A stretch of 64,000 nucleotides of DNA from Bacteroidales bacterium UBA2861 (GTDB lineage Bacteria; Bacteroidota; Bacteroidia; Bacteroidales; UBA932), in assembly GCA_002350615.1 (NCBI GenBank), contig DEFD01000027.1:26400-90399 (forward strand). Reading direction: 5' to 3'. Shown piece by piece: positions 1 through 10,905 of the stretch (positions within the stretch are counted from its first letter, which is position 1; each line of letters begins with the position of its first letter). Position numbers and translations under genes: made by a program. The notes beneath the pieces were generated by a model. It ran no database searches, was not told the DNA's origin, and was given only the letters and a program-made list of their open reading frames with translations.

Positions 1-339
1 GTCACTGTCCCCTGTGAGCATCAGTTTTCCTTCACGGAAGTCATTGCTCATCAGAAGCTTTCCAGCCACGGGAGCGTTTCTCAGCGGCGCCGACTCGGCA
101 CCCCATAACCCCTCTCCCCTGAAAAGCCTCACCAGCGGCTGACCGGGTTCGGGCGAACCGTCATAGACCATTTTCAGGCCATCCCAGGGCAGGTCTTCCA
201 CGAGTGACAGCGAAAACACCGGATCGTCACATTCCTTGACGTGAAAGGGGGCATACTGCGAACAGCGCTTCCAGAGCGGATGCCCCTCCGGAATATCCAG
301 CGCGAAACAATGCCCGGCCACTTTGAAAAATCTCTTCAT
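1..339 (-). CDS. Hypothetical protein, 5' portion (runs off the window edge); possibly Bacteroidales HprK-like kinase family
   Basis: Manually translated open frame from ATG at 339: MKRFFKVAGHCFALDIPEGHPLWKRCSQYAPF...; preceded by a TATATTTG box on the minus strand (363-370). Family guess is weak because no P-loop lies inside the window. Confidence 0.6.
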   Translation of the reverse strand, partial: MKRFFKVAGHCFALDIPEGHPLWKRCSQYAPFHVKECDDPVFSLSLVEDLPWDGLKMVYDGSPEPGQPLVRLFRGEGLWGAESAPLRNAPVAGKLLMSNDFREGKLMLTGDSD

Positions 340-362
340 TCCTCTCTGTTCTTTTAGGATAG

Positions 363-400
363 CAAATATAGTGATATTTCGCGCAAATTCATTATATTTG
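363..400. promoter_or_regulatory. Divergent Bacteroidota sigma-A -7 boxes
   Basis: TATATTTG on + at 393-400 and on - at 363-370, between divergent genes; matches the TAnnTTTG consensus. Confidence 0.6.
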
Positions 401-425
401 CCTATTCTGACAAAGTAAAAAGAAA

Positions 426-1082
426 ATGCAGGAAAACATAAGACTCGAATATAACACGGAGCGTGAGAGGCTGGACATGCCCGAATACGGCAGGAATGTC
501 CTGAAGATGGTGGAACAGCTGAAAGAAATCCCGGAAAAAGCGAAGAGAAGCGAACAGGCAAAGGCGGTTATCAAGACCATGGAACTGCTCAACCCCCAGG
601 TCCGCAGCCAGGAAGACTGGGAGCACAAGCTCTGGGACCACCTTTACATGATCGCAGGTTTCGACCTGGACATCGACGCCCCCTTCCCCTCCCCCGTGAA
701 GGAGGAATTCTCCACCAAGCCCGTGCCCATTCCCATGAAGGGCACCCGTATCAGGGCCACCCACTATGGAAGGAACATCGAAAAGATAATAGACCTGCTC
801 TGCAAGGAGCCCGACGGAGAAGTGAAGACGGCCATGATCCGTTCGCTCGCCATATACATGCGCCAGCAGTATCTCATCTGGAACAAGGACAGCGTAGCCG
901 ACGAGACCATCTTCGCCGACATCGAGAAGCTCTCCGACGGCGCCCTCAAGGTTCCCGAGGGAATCAGCCTCAGCAAGATATCTTCCGACGCGAACTTCGC
1001 CCGTCCCGGCATGGGACCGAACCTCGGCCAGAGCGGCAAGAGCAGGAATTCACGTAAATTCAAACACAAAGGCAGAAAATAA
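426..1082 (+). CDS. DUF4290 domain-containing protein
   Basis: EYNTER..L.MPEYGRNV..MV, KLWDHL and HYGRNIE motifs typical of this Bacteroidota family. Confidence 0.85.
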   Translation: MQENIRLEYNTERERLDMPEYGRNVLKMVEQLKEIPEKAKRSEQAKAVIKTMELLNPQVRSQEDWEHKLWDHLYMIAGFDLDIDAPFPSPVKEEFSTKPVPIPMKGTRIRATHYGRNIEKIIDLLCKEPDGEVKTAMIRSLAIYMRQQYLIWNKDSVADETIFADIEKLSDGALKVPEGISLSKISSDANFARPGMGPNLGQSGKSRNSRKFKHKGRK

Positions 1083-3505
1083 TGCGAAGGTTCCTGGATT
1101 ATCTGTCCTTCTGGAAAAACTGGGATGAGAAGGAGAAAGCCACCGCCGTCAGGATCATAGGATTCGCGACGGCTGTCCTGGCCGTTTTCGTGCTGATCGC
1201 CTCTCTGTCATATCTTGTCAACTGGAAGGCTGACAAGAGCGTGCTCTCGGAGCCCGACATGATGGACGGCAGCGTGGAGATAGCCAACGCGGCGGGCAAA
1301 CTCGGATACAAGACCGGGGTCCTGCTCGTCCGCAACCTCTTCGGTCTCGGCAGCTTCGCCCTGCTGGTGATCCTCGTGGCAGCGGCTGCCAGGCTCATCG
1401 CCGGAAAATGGCGCTGGTCCCTGCTCAAAACCACCATGCTCAGCATAAGCGGTGCCTTCGTGGCATCCCTCGTCCTTGCTTTCGCCGGGAACCTCGCCGG
1501 AATCCCCTATGCCTTCGACGGAGGTCTGGGCGGAATCTGCGGCGCAGAGATAATTCTCTGGAGCACAAATCTTTTCGGCTCCGTGATAACTGGGATCCTC
1601 GTGGTGCTCGCCATCGTCCTCTGGCTCTTTGCAGCGAGCCACCGCTTCTCCGAATGGGTATATTCCCTGCTGATAAGCGAGACTGATGAAGAGCCGGACG
1701 TAACGGCAGAGCCCGAAGGAACCGAGGAACCCGAAGAACCGGAAGAGCCGGATGTGCCCCAGGGGCCGGCGATGCCTGAGCCGGCAAATGGAAATGAGGA
1801 CGGAGACGGGGAACCGGAGCCGACTCCACAGCCCGACGGGGACGAGAAGAAAGGAGGTGAGCCGGTAAAAGAGAATGGAGATAAGGGACTTACCGTGCAG
1901 ACGGACGACACCCTGGATCAGGACGTAAAGGATCTTCCTCCAATAAACAACAGGCTGGATCCTCCCGAGGGTCTGCCGGATTACAAGACTCCTTCAATCG
2001 ATTTCCTCCGCAATTACGAGTCCGCGAAGAAAACCGTCACCAAGGAGGAGCTCATGCGCAACAACAACCGCATCCGTGCCGCCCTCAGCAACTACAAGAT
2101 AGAAATAGTCGATGTCAAGGCCGTCGTCGGCCCCACCGTCACCCTCTATAAGGTTTATCCCGCACAGGGCATCACGATCAACTCCTTCAAACTGCGCCAG
2201 GAAGACATCGCCCTCGCCCTGGGAGCAAAGGGGGTGCGAGTAGTCGTTCTCGCCGACTGCGTGGGCATTGAGGTTCCCAACGACAGTCCGTCCATAGTGC
2301 CTCTGCGGAATCTCCTCGGAAGCGAGGCGTTCCTTCAGAGCAAATACGAACTGCCCGTCGCCATAGGCTATACCATCACCCAGCAGGTGAAGGTTTTCGA
2401 CCTCAGCAACGCTCCCCATCTTCTCGTAGCGGGTGCCACCCAGCAGGGTAAATCCGTGGGTCTCAATGTGATAATCACATCGCTGCTTTACAGCAAGCAT
2501 CCTTCCGAGCTCAAGTTCGTGTTCATCGACCCGAAGATGGTGGAATTCTCCGCATACAACGGCCTGCTGAAGCATTATCTGGCAGTCATGCCCACGGCCG
2601 GAGACGAGGAGGAAGAGAAGAAAAAGGCCATCGTCAAGAATTCCAAGGATGCCGAAACCATACTCAAGAGCCTTGTCGTGGAGATGGACGACCGTTACCA
2701 GCTGCTGAGCGAAGCCGGCGTGCAGAAGATAACCCAGTACAACGACAAGTACAAGCAGCGCAAGCTCCGTCCGGACAAAGGACACAGGTTCCTCCCCTAC
2801 ATCGTCACCGTAGTCGATGAATATGCGGACCTCACAATGACCAAAGGCGCGAGCGCCGAGGTCAGGGCCTCTTCGATGAGCATCCAGAATTCCATCATCA
2901 GGCTCGCTCAGAAGGGCCGTGCGGCGGGAATCCATCTCGTGCTTGCCACCCAGAGGCCTTCGGTAGACGTCATCACCGGTGTCATCAAGGCTAACTTCCC
3001 TATGCGAATCGCCTTCAGGGTGTCTTCAAGAGTTGACTCACAGACCATCCTCGATGCTCCGGGAGCCGAGAAACTGATAGGCCGGGGAGATATGCTCCTC
3101 TCCGCCGGAATAGACACCGAGCGAGTGCAGTGCGCCCTCATCGAAGGAGAGGAAATCAATGCCATAACCGAATTCATCGAGTCCCAGCAGGGATACAGGA
3201 AGAGTTACAACACTCCTTACTATCTGCCTGAAATCAAGGAAGAAGGAGGAGGAGGCGCAGGCGGAGACATGGGCGAGATGGATGAACGTTTCGAGGAAGC
3301 GGCAAAAGTCGTCGTGAGCAGCCAGAAAGGCTCCACCTCAGACCTGCAGCGCAAACTCGGCATGGGATATGCAAAGGCAGGCAGGGTAATGGATCAGCTG
3401 GAGCAGGCGGGAATCGTAGGTCCGCAGGAAGGCAGCAAGCCAAGGGCGGTCCTGGTTTCCAGCCTTGACGAGCTCCAGGAGATAATCGACAGGCTGAAAC
3501 AATGA
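1082..3505 (+). CDS. ftsK: DNA translocase FtsK
   Basis: N-terminal TM helices, acidic/Pro linker, PHLLVAGATQQGKS Walker A, VVDEYADL Walker B, ATQRPS, C-terminal gamma domain (LQRKLGMGYAKAGRVMDQLE). Confidence 0.95.
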   Translation: MRRFLDYLSFWKNWDEKEKATAVRIIGFATAVLAVFVLIASLSYLVNWKADKSVLSEPDMMDGSVEIANAAGKLGYKTGVLLVRNLFGLGSFALLVILVAAAARLIAGKWRWSLLKTTMLSISGAFVASLVLAFAGNLAGIPYAFDGGLGGICGAEIILWSTNLFGSVITGILVVLAIVLWLFAASHRFSEWVYSLLISETDEEPDVTAEPEGTEEPEEPEEPDVPQGPAMPEPANGNEDGDGEPEPTPQPDGDEKKGGEPVKENGDKGLTVQTDDTLDQDVKDLPPINNRLDPPEGLPDYKTPSIDFLRNYESAKKTVTKEELMRNNNRIRAALSNYKIEIVDVKAVVGPTVTLYKVYPAQGITINSFKLRQEDIALALGAKGVRVVVLADCVGIEVPNDSPSIVPLRNLLGSEAFLQSKYELPVAIGYTITQQVKVFDLSNAPHLLVAGATQQGKSVGLNVIITSLLYSKHPSELKFVFIDPKMVEFSAYNGLLKHYLAVMPTAGDEEEEKKKAIVKNSKDAETILKSLVVEMDDRYQLLSEAGVQKITQYNDKYKQRKLRPDKGHRFLPYIVTVVDEYADLTMTKGASAEVRASSMSIQNSIIRLAQKGRAAGIHLVLATQRPSVDVITGVIKANFPMRIAFRVSSRVDSQTILDAPGAEKLIGRGDMLLSAGIDTERVQCALIEGEEINAITEFIESQQGYRKSYNTPYYLPEIKEEGGGGAGGDMGEMDERFEEAAKVVVSSQKGSTSDLQRKLGMGYAKAGRVMDQLEQAGIVGPQEGSKPRAVLVSSLDELQEIIDRLKQ

Positions 3506-4008
3506 AACGACTCACCACAATTCTGATCGCTTTTCTGGCCCTGTCCGCATTGCGGGCCCAGGATTTCGTCGCGGAAATCACCGCCTTCGTAAAAGATTCA
3601 AGGGTGGAGTGCGACTACACCTACAAGACAAGCGGCGCCACTGCGCTCAGCGGCTATGGCAGCGCCATCCTGCAGGGGAGTTGCTATAAACTTGAGGGCA
3701 ACGGCCTGAAAATCATCAGCAACGGCGTCACCCGCTGGACCGTGAATCCGTCCGGAAAGGAAGTTTACATCGAGACCGTAGGCGAAGGCGATTCCCTGCT
3801 CCACGGGCTCGAATCCATGTTGCGCGAGATTCCTGACCTGAAATACGAAAACGGGGTTTTGAGCGGCACGGTAAGGTTCCCCGGAGAAGAAGGCACCGTA
3901 TTCTGCACCCTTCAGAACATCACGAAGTCTGTCTCCGGAGACAACGGAATATTTACCTTCGACACCTCGGGTCTCGACAGCAGTTGGGTGATAACGGATT
4001 TGAGATGA
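3502..4008 (+). CDS. LolA-like outer-membrane lipoprotein chaperone
   Basis: Signal peptide, SNGVTRWTVNP..KEVYIE motif, conserved position downstream of ftsK. Confidence 0.7.
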   Translation: MKRLTTILIAFLALSALRAQDFVAEITAFVKDSRVECDYTYKTSGATALSGYGSAILQGSCYKLEGNGLKIISNGVTRWTVNPSGKEVYIETVGEGDSLLHGLESMLREIPDLKYENGVLSGTVRFPGEEGTVFCTLQNITKSVSGDNGIFTFDTSGLDSSWVITDLR

Positions 4009-6827
4009 CGCCTTTCCTTAAACAAGTTGCAGATCATTATTACACAGACGGTAATTTGGGCCGTCTGTGTTTTGTCTTTCCCAACAAGCGTTCGGGACTG
4101 TTTTTCAAGAAATATCTGGCCGGCACTGTCGCCGAGGCCGGAGGAACGCAGTTCGCCCCCAAGATCATCACCATAAACGAGTTCTTCTACGCTCTCACCG
4201 GCAGCGTGCTCACGGACAGGCTGCAGCTTCTTTATGAACTCTGGAATTGTTACTGCAAACTGACTCCGCGGCAGGAGAGCCTGGACGAGTTCCTCTATTG
4301 GGGAGGCGTGATCCTTTCGGATTTCGACGATGTGGACAAATACCTCGCGGACCCCAGGATGATTTTCAGCAACATAGCTGAGCTCAAGGGGATGCAGGAC
4401 GATTTCAGCTGGCTGGATGAAGGGCAGAGGGATGCAATCCGGCATTTCATCTCCCTTTTTGAAAAAGACGGCGGCTACAAGGGAGAATTCAGAAAAATCT
4501 GGGATATCCTATACCCTTTATATAAAAGCTTCAACGAGGCGCTCGCGGCAAAAGGGCTCTGCTATGAGGGGATGGTTTACCGCAAACTCGCTGAAAGCCT
4601 GGAAGATACTCCCGTGGCCGATTTGCTGCAGGAGAAATTCGAAGGAAAGGAAAAATTCGTTTTTACCGGCCTCAACGCCCTCAACAAATGCGAAAGGAAG
4701 GTCCTTGCGAAGATGAGGGATGCGGGCTTCGCCGAGTTCTGCTGGGACTACAGCAGCAATGAGATCAAGGATCCCCAGAACAAGTCATCGCACTTCCTCG
4801 GGGAGTTCAGCCAGCTTTATCCGCAGGCGTTCAAACCCGATCCTGAAGGTCTCGGGAAGCCCGTGATCAACGCCCTCAGCGTCTCTTCCGCGGTTGGCCA
4901 GGCAAAGCAGTTGCCTGCCATATTGCAAAGGCTCCGCAGCGCGGACGGAAGCGCCGCGGAAACAGACATCGAAACGGCAGTGGTCCTCCCCGACGAGGGT
5001 CTGCTTCTTCCTGTGCTCAATTCCATCCCACCGGAAGTCCCGCGCATCAATGTCACCATGGGATACCCTATCCGCGGAAGCGAGTTTCTCAGCATGATGA
5101 ACGATATCGCCGCCCTGCAGGTCCATCTCCGTGAAAGCGAAGGGAAAATATCCTTCTATCACCGTCAGGTATGGGGACTTTTCTCCAACAGCGTCTTCCG
5201 CAAATGCCTGAGCGAGGAAGAAAAGGCCAACTGCGGGATTGTGCGTGAAAACGGTAAATACTATATTCCCGAATCCGAGCTGGTGGCCGGCGAGGTCAGC
5301 GGATTGATATTCCGCAAGGCCGGAGACGATATCGCAAGCTATCAGAAAGCCATCATCACCGCCATCGCTCCCCTGCTGAAAGGCAGTCTGGAGCAGGAAT
5401 TCGCCATGGTCTGGTACAAGGCCCTGACGAGGCTTGAGAATCTGCATCTGGACATCAAGCCACGCACCTGGTATCGCCTGCTCATGCAGCTCGCATCCGG
5501 AGAATCCGTCCCGTTCAAGGGAGAACCGCTTGCGGGAATGCAGGTTCTCGGGCCGCTTGAAACCAGGGCGCTGGATTTCAAGAACCTGATCATCCTTTCC
5601 TTCAACGAAGGCATCTTCCCAAGGCACAACGTCGCGTCTTCCTTCATCCCCGCGGAAATCCGAAAGGGTTTCGACCTGCCTACCTATGAGCATCAGGACG
5701 CCATCTGGGCATACTATTTCTACCGCCTTATCCAAAGGGCGGAGAACGTGTGGCTGGTTTCAGACTCCCGGACGGACGTATCCCGTTCCGGCGAGGAAAG
5801 CCGCTATCTCAAGCAGTTGGAGATGCTCTATGGCTTCGACATCCACCGCTACGTGATGAAGGCCGAGCAGAAGACCGAAGACAGGGATATTATTCAGGAC
5901 CTTCCCCGTACCCAGGAAGATATAGAGCTTCTGCACGGCAATATGCTCTCCGCCACGGCGCTGCAGGATTATATCAATTGTCCTGCGAAATTCTATTTCG
6001 GCAGGGTGCGGGGCCTGAAGGCAACGGAAGAAGTAGCGGAAGCGCTGGATTCCGGAATGATAGGAAGGATCGTGCACTCAGCCATGCAGAACCTGTATAG
6101 CAAGCCGCCGTTCTTCAGCGAGAATCCGGTGCATTACGATGAGATAAGCGCCGATTTCCTGAAAGGGCTGCTCTCCGAAGACGACAAACGCATTCCACTC
6201 GTGGTGGACTACAATATCCGCAAGGAGATGAAGAGTCCGGATATCAGCGGGCGTAACCTCGTTTTCCGGGAGCTCATACTAAAATATGTCCGCCGCATCA
6301 TTTCCACGGACCTGGAACTGCTCCACGGCAGGAAATCCTTCAAATGCTTCGGCCTGGAAGACAGGAAGTTCATGGAGATAGGAGGATTCCGTTTCATCGG
6401 CTTCATCGACAGGCTGGACAGTTTCGAGCCGGGGATGGCACGCATAGTGGACTATAAGACCGGTTCCGTAAAAGATGAAGACATAAACATCAATCCGGAC
6501 AATGCCGAAAATGTGGTGAAAGCGCTTTTCGAAGGCAAATACAAGGACCGTCCGAAGATAGCGCTGCAGCTCTATCTTTACGACCGCTTCCTGAAGGGTG
6601 ACCCCAGAATCAGCGGATACGCCCGCATGAACTGCCTCTATCAGACAGGAAACCTTTTCACCGACGGGCCTCTCTCTTCCGTCGTCTGTCCCGAGTTCAA
6701 CGAGTTGATGGACAAGCGGATAGACGAACTGCTGGAACGTATGGACAAGCCCGAGGGGAACTGGGAGCGCACGGCAGACACGGATACCTGCACTTATTGT
6801 GATTTCAAAAAACTTTGCGGAAGATGA
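4005..6827 (+). CDS. AddB-like PD-(D/E)XK nuclease with Fe-S cluster
   Basis: VFPNKRS N-terminus, LETRALDF, GFIDRLD...IVDYKTG nuclease motif, Cys in YINCP plus C-terminal CTYCDFKKLC; ATG overlaps the upstream TGA. Confidence 0.85.
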   Translation: MTPFLKQVADHYYTDGNLGRLCFVFPNKRSGLFFKKYLAGTVAEAGGTQFAPKIITINEFFYALTGSVLTDRLQLLYELWNCYCKLTPRQESLDEFLYWGGVILSDFDDVDKYLADPRMIFSNIAELKGMQDDFSWLDEGQRDAIRHFISLFEKDGGYKGEFRKIWDILYPLYKSFNEALAAKGLCYEGMVYRKLAESLEDTPVADLLQEKFEGKEKFVFTGLNALNKCERKVLAKMRDAGFAEFCWDYSSNEIKDPQNKSSHFLGEFSQLYPQAFKPDPEGLGKPVINALSVSSAVGQAKQLPAILQRLRSADGSAAETDIETAVVLPDEGLLLPVLNSIPPEVPRINVTMGYPIRGSEFLSMMNDIAALQVHLRESEGKISFYHRQVWGLFSNSVFRKCLSEEEKANCGIVRENGKYYIPESELVAGEVSGLIFRKAGDDIASYQKAIITAIAPLLKGSLEQEFAMVWYKALTRLENLHLDIKPRTWYRLLMQLASGESVPFKGEPLAGMQVLGPLETRALDFKNLIILSFNEGIFPRHNVASSFIPAEIRKGFDLPTYEHQDAIWAYYFYRLIQRAENVWLVSDSRTDVSRSGEESRYLKQLEMLYGFDIHRYVMKAEQKTEDRDIIQDLPRTQEDIELLHGNMLSATALQDYINCPAKFYFGRVRGLKATEEVAEALDSGMIGRIVHSAMQNLYSKPPFFSENPVHYDEISADFLKGLLSEDDKRIPLVVDYNIRKEMKSPDISGRNLVFRELILKYVRRIISTDLELLHGRKSFKCFGLEDRKFMEIGGFRFIGFIDRLDSFEPGMARIVDYKTGSVKDEDININPDNAENVVKALFEGKYKDRPKIALQLYLYDRFLKGDPRISGYARMNCLYQTGNLFTDGPLSSVVCPEFNELMDKRIDELLERMDKPEGNWERTADTDTCTYCDFKKLCGR

Positions 6828-9745
6828 TCAGGATAGAGAAAGCCTCCGCAGGGTCGGGCAAGACATACACCCTGTCGCACACATATCTCAGCCTCCTGAA
6901 AGAGCGCTATGCATACCGTCATATCCTTGCCGTAACCTTCACCAACAAGGCTACTGCCGAAATGAAGGACAGGATACTCAGGGTGCTTTTCCACAAATCC
7001 GCCGACGATCCGGATGCAAAGGCGATGCTAACGGACATCCTGCACGACTACAGCGCATTTTCGGTGAGCACCATCGACAAGTTCTTCCAGCGGGCCCTGA
7101 AGGCCTTCGCACGTGAGATCGGACAGACGGCCGACTACAAGATAGAACTGGACAAGCCTTCGCTGATAAACGAAGCCATGGACCGCATCCTGGATTCCCT
7201 TTCGGAAGAAGACACGGATGTGCTCGGGTGGCTGAAAACGAATATGGAATACCGTCTGGGCCGTGGGGAAAGGCTTTCGGTGGAGGATGAACTCCACGAA
7301 ATAGGCGCCAGGCTCAAGAACGATGAATTCACTAAGCTGACTGCTTCCGGAGAAACTCCGGATTTCAGCAGGGAAAGGCTGCTCGCTGTGCGGGAGAATT
7401 GCGAAAAGATAATCAGGGAGTTCCATAAGGATATCTACGAAGCAGCAAAAGCGCTGGTCGTAAAGAGCAAGAATGCGGTTAAACAGGCTGCAGTATACCA
7501 GGCCGGATTCAAGGACACTGACCGTGTGCCCTACCCGCAGGTTACGCTCGCGAAGGAAGCCGATGGCACTCCATTCATGGACCTTTTTTTGAGCGGCAAC
7601 CGCTTCATCTGGTACAACACCGCACGCATCATCCTGGACAGCTGGTTCAGCCTCGGACTCGCCAGGGAATTCTTCAAGAGTTTCGACGATCTTCTCCGGG
7701 AAAAGGACCTCATGTGCCTGGACGATTCCAATTCATTGCTGCAGAAGATTATAGCGGACAGCGACGCTCCTTTCGTCTATGAAAAACTGGGAGTCCGCTA
7801 CACCAATTTCCTGCTGGACGAGTTTCAGGACACTTCCAACGTACAGTGGAACAACTTTCTGCCGCTTTTGGCAGAAAGCGATGCCGGCGGGAACGAGAGC
7901 CTTATAGTAGGCGACGTGAAGCAGAGCATCTACCGCTGGAGGGATTCCGACTGGGAACTCCTCGCCCACCGGGTGAAAGACAGTTTTCCCCGCGCAGACG
8001 AGCACCATTCCGAATTCAACTGGAGAAGCGTGGACCTGGTGCGGGATTTCAATAACAAATTCTTCGGAAAGGTCAAAGCCATCCTTGGTAAGGATTCCGT
8101 ACTTTACGGGGACGTCGAGCAGAAATTCCCTGAAGGGAAAAAGACCCCGGACCAGCAGAAGGGATGCGTGAAAGTGAGTTTCTGCGACAAGAATGAAGAA
8201 ATAGAGAAGGTGGTCGAATCCATCGGCGAAGCCCTTGCAGCCGGAGCATCCTACAGCGATATCACCATCCTGGTAAGGATGAACAAGGAAGGCGCCCTCA
8301 TCGCTTCCGAACTTATGTCCAGGGGCATCAGGGTGATTTCCGACGACAGCCTCGCCATTTCATCATCTTCCGTAGTGAGGGGACTGGTGGCCATTCTTTC
8401 CTGCCTGGACAACAAGAAAGACAAGATCAACGATTATCTCTGCTCCGGACTTGGTGTGGAGATTCCGGAAGAATACCATTCACTGCTGGATCTCTGCGAA
8501 AAGATCCTGCGCGCCATAAAGGAGAAACACCCGGACAGTTTCAAGGGCGAAAGCCTTTTCATTCAGGCATTTATGGATTCACTCAGGGACTGGGTGGACG
8601 CCAACGGCAACGACCTTCACTTCTTCCTGGAATACTGGAACCGCAAGGAAAGCTATATAGGTTCACCGGACAACAACGATTCCGTGAGGATACTCACCGT
8701 GCACAAGGCTAAAGGTCTGGAAGCGCCGTACATCATCTTCCCTTTCATAGAAAACGTGGGAATGTACAGGAAGGGCTGGCACTGGTGCCGGCTCGACACG
8801 GAAGGGACTCCTTTCGGCAAGGAGTGCCAGGGGATCTACCCGGTGGAACTGAATACATCTTCGGCAGACACGCTGTTCCGCAAGGATCTCGAAGACGAGA
8901 TGCAGAAGCAGCTGATAGATAATCTTAACACGGTTTACGTCGCGTTCACCAGGGCCACCAAGTGCATGCATCTGATCTCGGCCATACCTACCAAAAAGTT
9001 CCTTGCAGCCATACCGGGCGGTTACGCTGACAGTTCCCGCTACGCCAACTATTCCCAGGTACTCTACCAGTACTGCCGTCCGGGCGGCGAATCTGATGCA
9101 TCCGGAGAAGGCAAGGTCCTCTCCAGTGGCAGCGACGGCGCATTCGACAAGATTTACGGGGAGATGTACGACTTCAGCCGCATGCCCGAGGAGGACAGGA
9201 AGAAAAAGAGCGGCGGCGAGGACTTCCCTTCCGAATACTGCTGCTACGATTCTTCCGACCGTCTGACCGGGATTAGCTCCGCTGGAGAATTCTTCGACGA
9301 GCTTGCCGGCGAGGAAGAAAGTGCAAGGCAGAACGGTATAGTTCTTCACGATATCCTGTCCAGGGTTAACAGGTCCGAGGACCTTCGGGCCGCTGTCAAT
9401 GAAGCGGAACTGGACGGCCTTCTGACGGTGCAAGAAGGTGAAGATGCCTTCAAGCTGCTGTCTTCGCGTATAGCCGCCCATCCGGAGTTTTTCCCGGAGA
9501 AAGCGGCAATCTTCAACGAGCAGGATATCATCACGGAAAACGGAGACAGCCTGAGGCCGGACAGGGTGCTGGACGAAGGCGGCCGCATCACCGTGATAGA
9601 TTATAAGTTCGGGAAGGAGAATCCGGCTTACCGCAGGCAGGTCCTGGGCTATATGGATCTATTCAGGAAGATGGGCTACGCCCAAGTTTCGGGCCGAATC
9701 TGGTATGTTTACCAGGACAAAGTGGACATCATCCCGGATAATTGA
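6824..9745 (+). CDS. AddA-like UvrD-family helicase/nuclease
   Basis: ASAGSGKT, TFTNKAT, LLDEFQDTS, VGDVKQSIYRWR, TVHKAKGLE, YVAFTRA, C-terminal RPDRV..IDYKFG. Confidence 0.9.
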   Translation: MIRIEKASAGSGKTYTLSHTYLSLLKERYAYRHILAVTFTNKATAEMKDRILRVLFHKSADDPDAKAMLTDILHDYSAFSVSTIDKFFQRALKAFAREIGQTADYKIELDKPSLINEAMDRILDSLSEEDTDVLGWLKTNMEYRLGRGERLSVEDELHEIGARLKNDEFTKLTASGETPDFSRERLLAVRENCEKIIREFHKDIYEAAKALVVKSKNAVKQAAVYQAGFKDTDRVPYPQVTLAKEADGTPFMDLFLSGNRFIWYNTARIILDSWFSLGLAREFFKSFDDLLREKDLMCLDDSNSLLQKIIADSDAPFVYEKLGVRYTNFLLDEFQDTSNVQWNNFLPLLAESDAGGNESLIVGDVKQSIYRWRDSDWELLAHRVKDSFPRADEHHSEFNWRSVDLVRDFNNKFFGKVKAILGKDSVLYGDVEQKFPEGKKTPDQQKGCVKVSFCDKNEEIEKVVESIGEALAAGASYSDITILVRMNKEGALIASELMSRGIRVISDDSLAISSSSVVRGLVAILSCLDNKKDKINDYLCSGLGVEIPEEYHSLLDLCEKILRAIKEKHPDSFKGESLFIQAFMDSLRDWVDANGNDLHFFLEYWNRKESYIGSPDNNDSVRILTVHKAKGLEAPYIIFPFIENVGMYRKGWHWCRLDTEGTPFGKECQGIYPVELNTSSADTLFRKDLEDEMQKQLIDNLNTVYVAFTRATKCMHLISAIPTKKFLAAIPGGYADSSRYANYSQVLYQYCRPGGESDASGEGKVLSSGSDGAFDKIYGEMYDFSRMPEEDRKKKSGGEDFPSEYCCYDSSDRLTGISSAGEFFDELAGEEESARQNGIVLHDILSRVNRSEDLRAAVNEAELDGLLTVQEGEDAFKLLSSRIAAHPEFFPEKAAIFNEQDIITENGDSLRPDRVLDEGGRITVIDYKFGKENPAYRRQVLGYMDLFRKMGYAQVSGRIWYVYQDKVDIIPDN

Positions 9746-9762
9746 GTAAATTTGTGCTCTGT

Positions 9763-10878
9763 ATGAGTTTCCGCGAGAACGATTTTTCAAGGCTTGAGCT
9801 CCGCCTGCCGGCATGCAAGGCGAACTACCGCTATTTCCGCTCCCTTCTGGAGCCGGAAACGCGACTTCTCGTTCTCGTCAAGGCCAATGCCTACGGGCAC
9901 GGCGCTGTGGAATTCGCATCCATGATGCAGGGTGAAGGCGCTGATTATCTTGCCGTTGCCCTTCCGCTCGAAGGTGTGGAGCTTCGCAAGGCAGGTATCA
10001 CCCTCCCGATCCTGGTGCTCACCGCCGGGACCGATTTCTTCGAGGAGATGGTGGACTACCGTCTCGAACCTTCCATTCCGAATCTTTACAGTCTCAAGGT
10101 CCTGGTTTCAGTGCTGCAGAGGCGTGGTGTCAGGGACTTCCCCATCCATATCAAGCTGGACACCGGCATGCACCGCCTGGGATTCATGAGCGATGAACTC
10201 CCCGCCCTTTTCGAGTACCTCCCAGGATGCCCGGAAGTGAAGGTTGTCTCCTGCTTTTCGCATCTCGCAGTGGCGGAAGACCCGGAGCAGGATGCATTCA
10301 CGCTGGGACAGATCGAGCTTTTCCGGAAGAACGCCCAGGCCCTTACCGACGCTCTCGGATATAAGCCGATGTGGCATATCCTCAACTCGGCAGGCATAGA
10401 ACGCTTCCCGCAGTACCAGTTCGACATGGTGCGGCTGGGAATAGGCATCTATGGCATCAGCGCCCTTCCCGGGGTCCGGCTGGAACCGGTTGCTTCCCTG
10501 AAGGTCAAGATCCTTCAGATCAAACAGTTGAAGGGGGCCGACGAGACTGTGGGATATGGCCGCTGGGGCAAGGTCTCCCCTGCCGGCACCACCATCGCCA
10601 CCATCCCCTGCGGCTATGCGGACGGCCTCGACAGGCATCTCGGCCGCGGCAACGCCTCATTCAGCGTCAACGGGCACCGCGCCCCCACAATCGGCAATAT
10701 CTGCATGGACATGTGCATGCTGGACGTCACCGGAATCCCCTGCGAAGTGGGCGACACCGTCACCATTTTCGGCTCCGACCCCACCGTGGAGGAACTCGCC
10801 GACCGCCTCGGCACCATCCCCTACGAAATCCTCACCTCCGTCCCGAGGCGTATCGAAAGGATAATCGTCAGGAAATAA
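9763..10878 (+). CDS. alr: Alanine racemase
   Basis: VKANAYGHG PLP-lysine motif, HIKLDTGMHRLG, GYADG, ICMDM, TIPYEILT. Confidence 0.95.
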   Translation: MSFRENDFSRLELRLPACKANYRYFRSLLEPETRLLVLVKANAYGHGAVEFASMMQGEGADYLAVALPLEGVELRKAGITLPILVLTAGTDFFEEMVDYRLEPSIPNLYSLKVLVSVLQRRGVRDFPIHIKLDTGMHRLGFMSDELPALFEYLPGCPEVKVVSCFSHLAVAEDPEQDAFTLGQIELFRKNAQALTDALGYKPMWHILNSAGIERFPQYQFDMVRLGIGIYGISALPGVRLEPVASLKVKILQIKQLKGADETVGYGRWGKVSPAGTTIATIPCGYADGLDRHLGRGNASFSVNGHRAPTIGNICMDMCMLDVTGIPCEVGDTVTIFGSDPTVEELADRLGTIPYEILTSVPRRIERIIVRK

Positions 10879-10905
10879 AGGCGAGGAGCCATCATTTAAG
10901 GGGCC

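Noticed and set aside
1680-1880. Glu/Pro-rich repeats in ftsK
   Set aside because: Ordinary low-complexity FtsK linker.
4005-9745. Nuclease-helicase pair as a defence system
   Set aside because: Motifs and housekeeping context fit AddAB-type repair enzymes.
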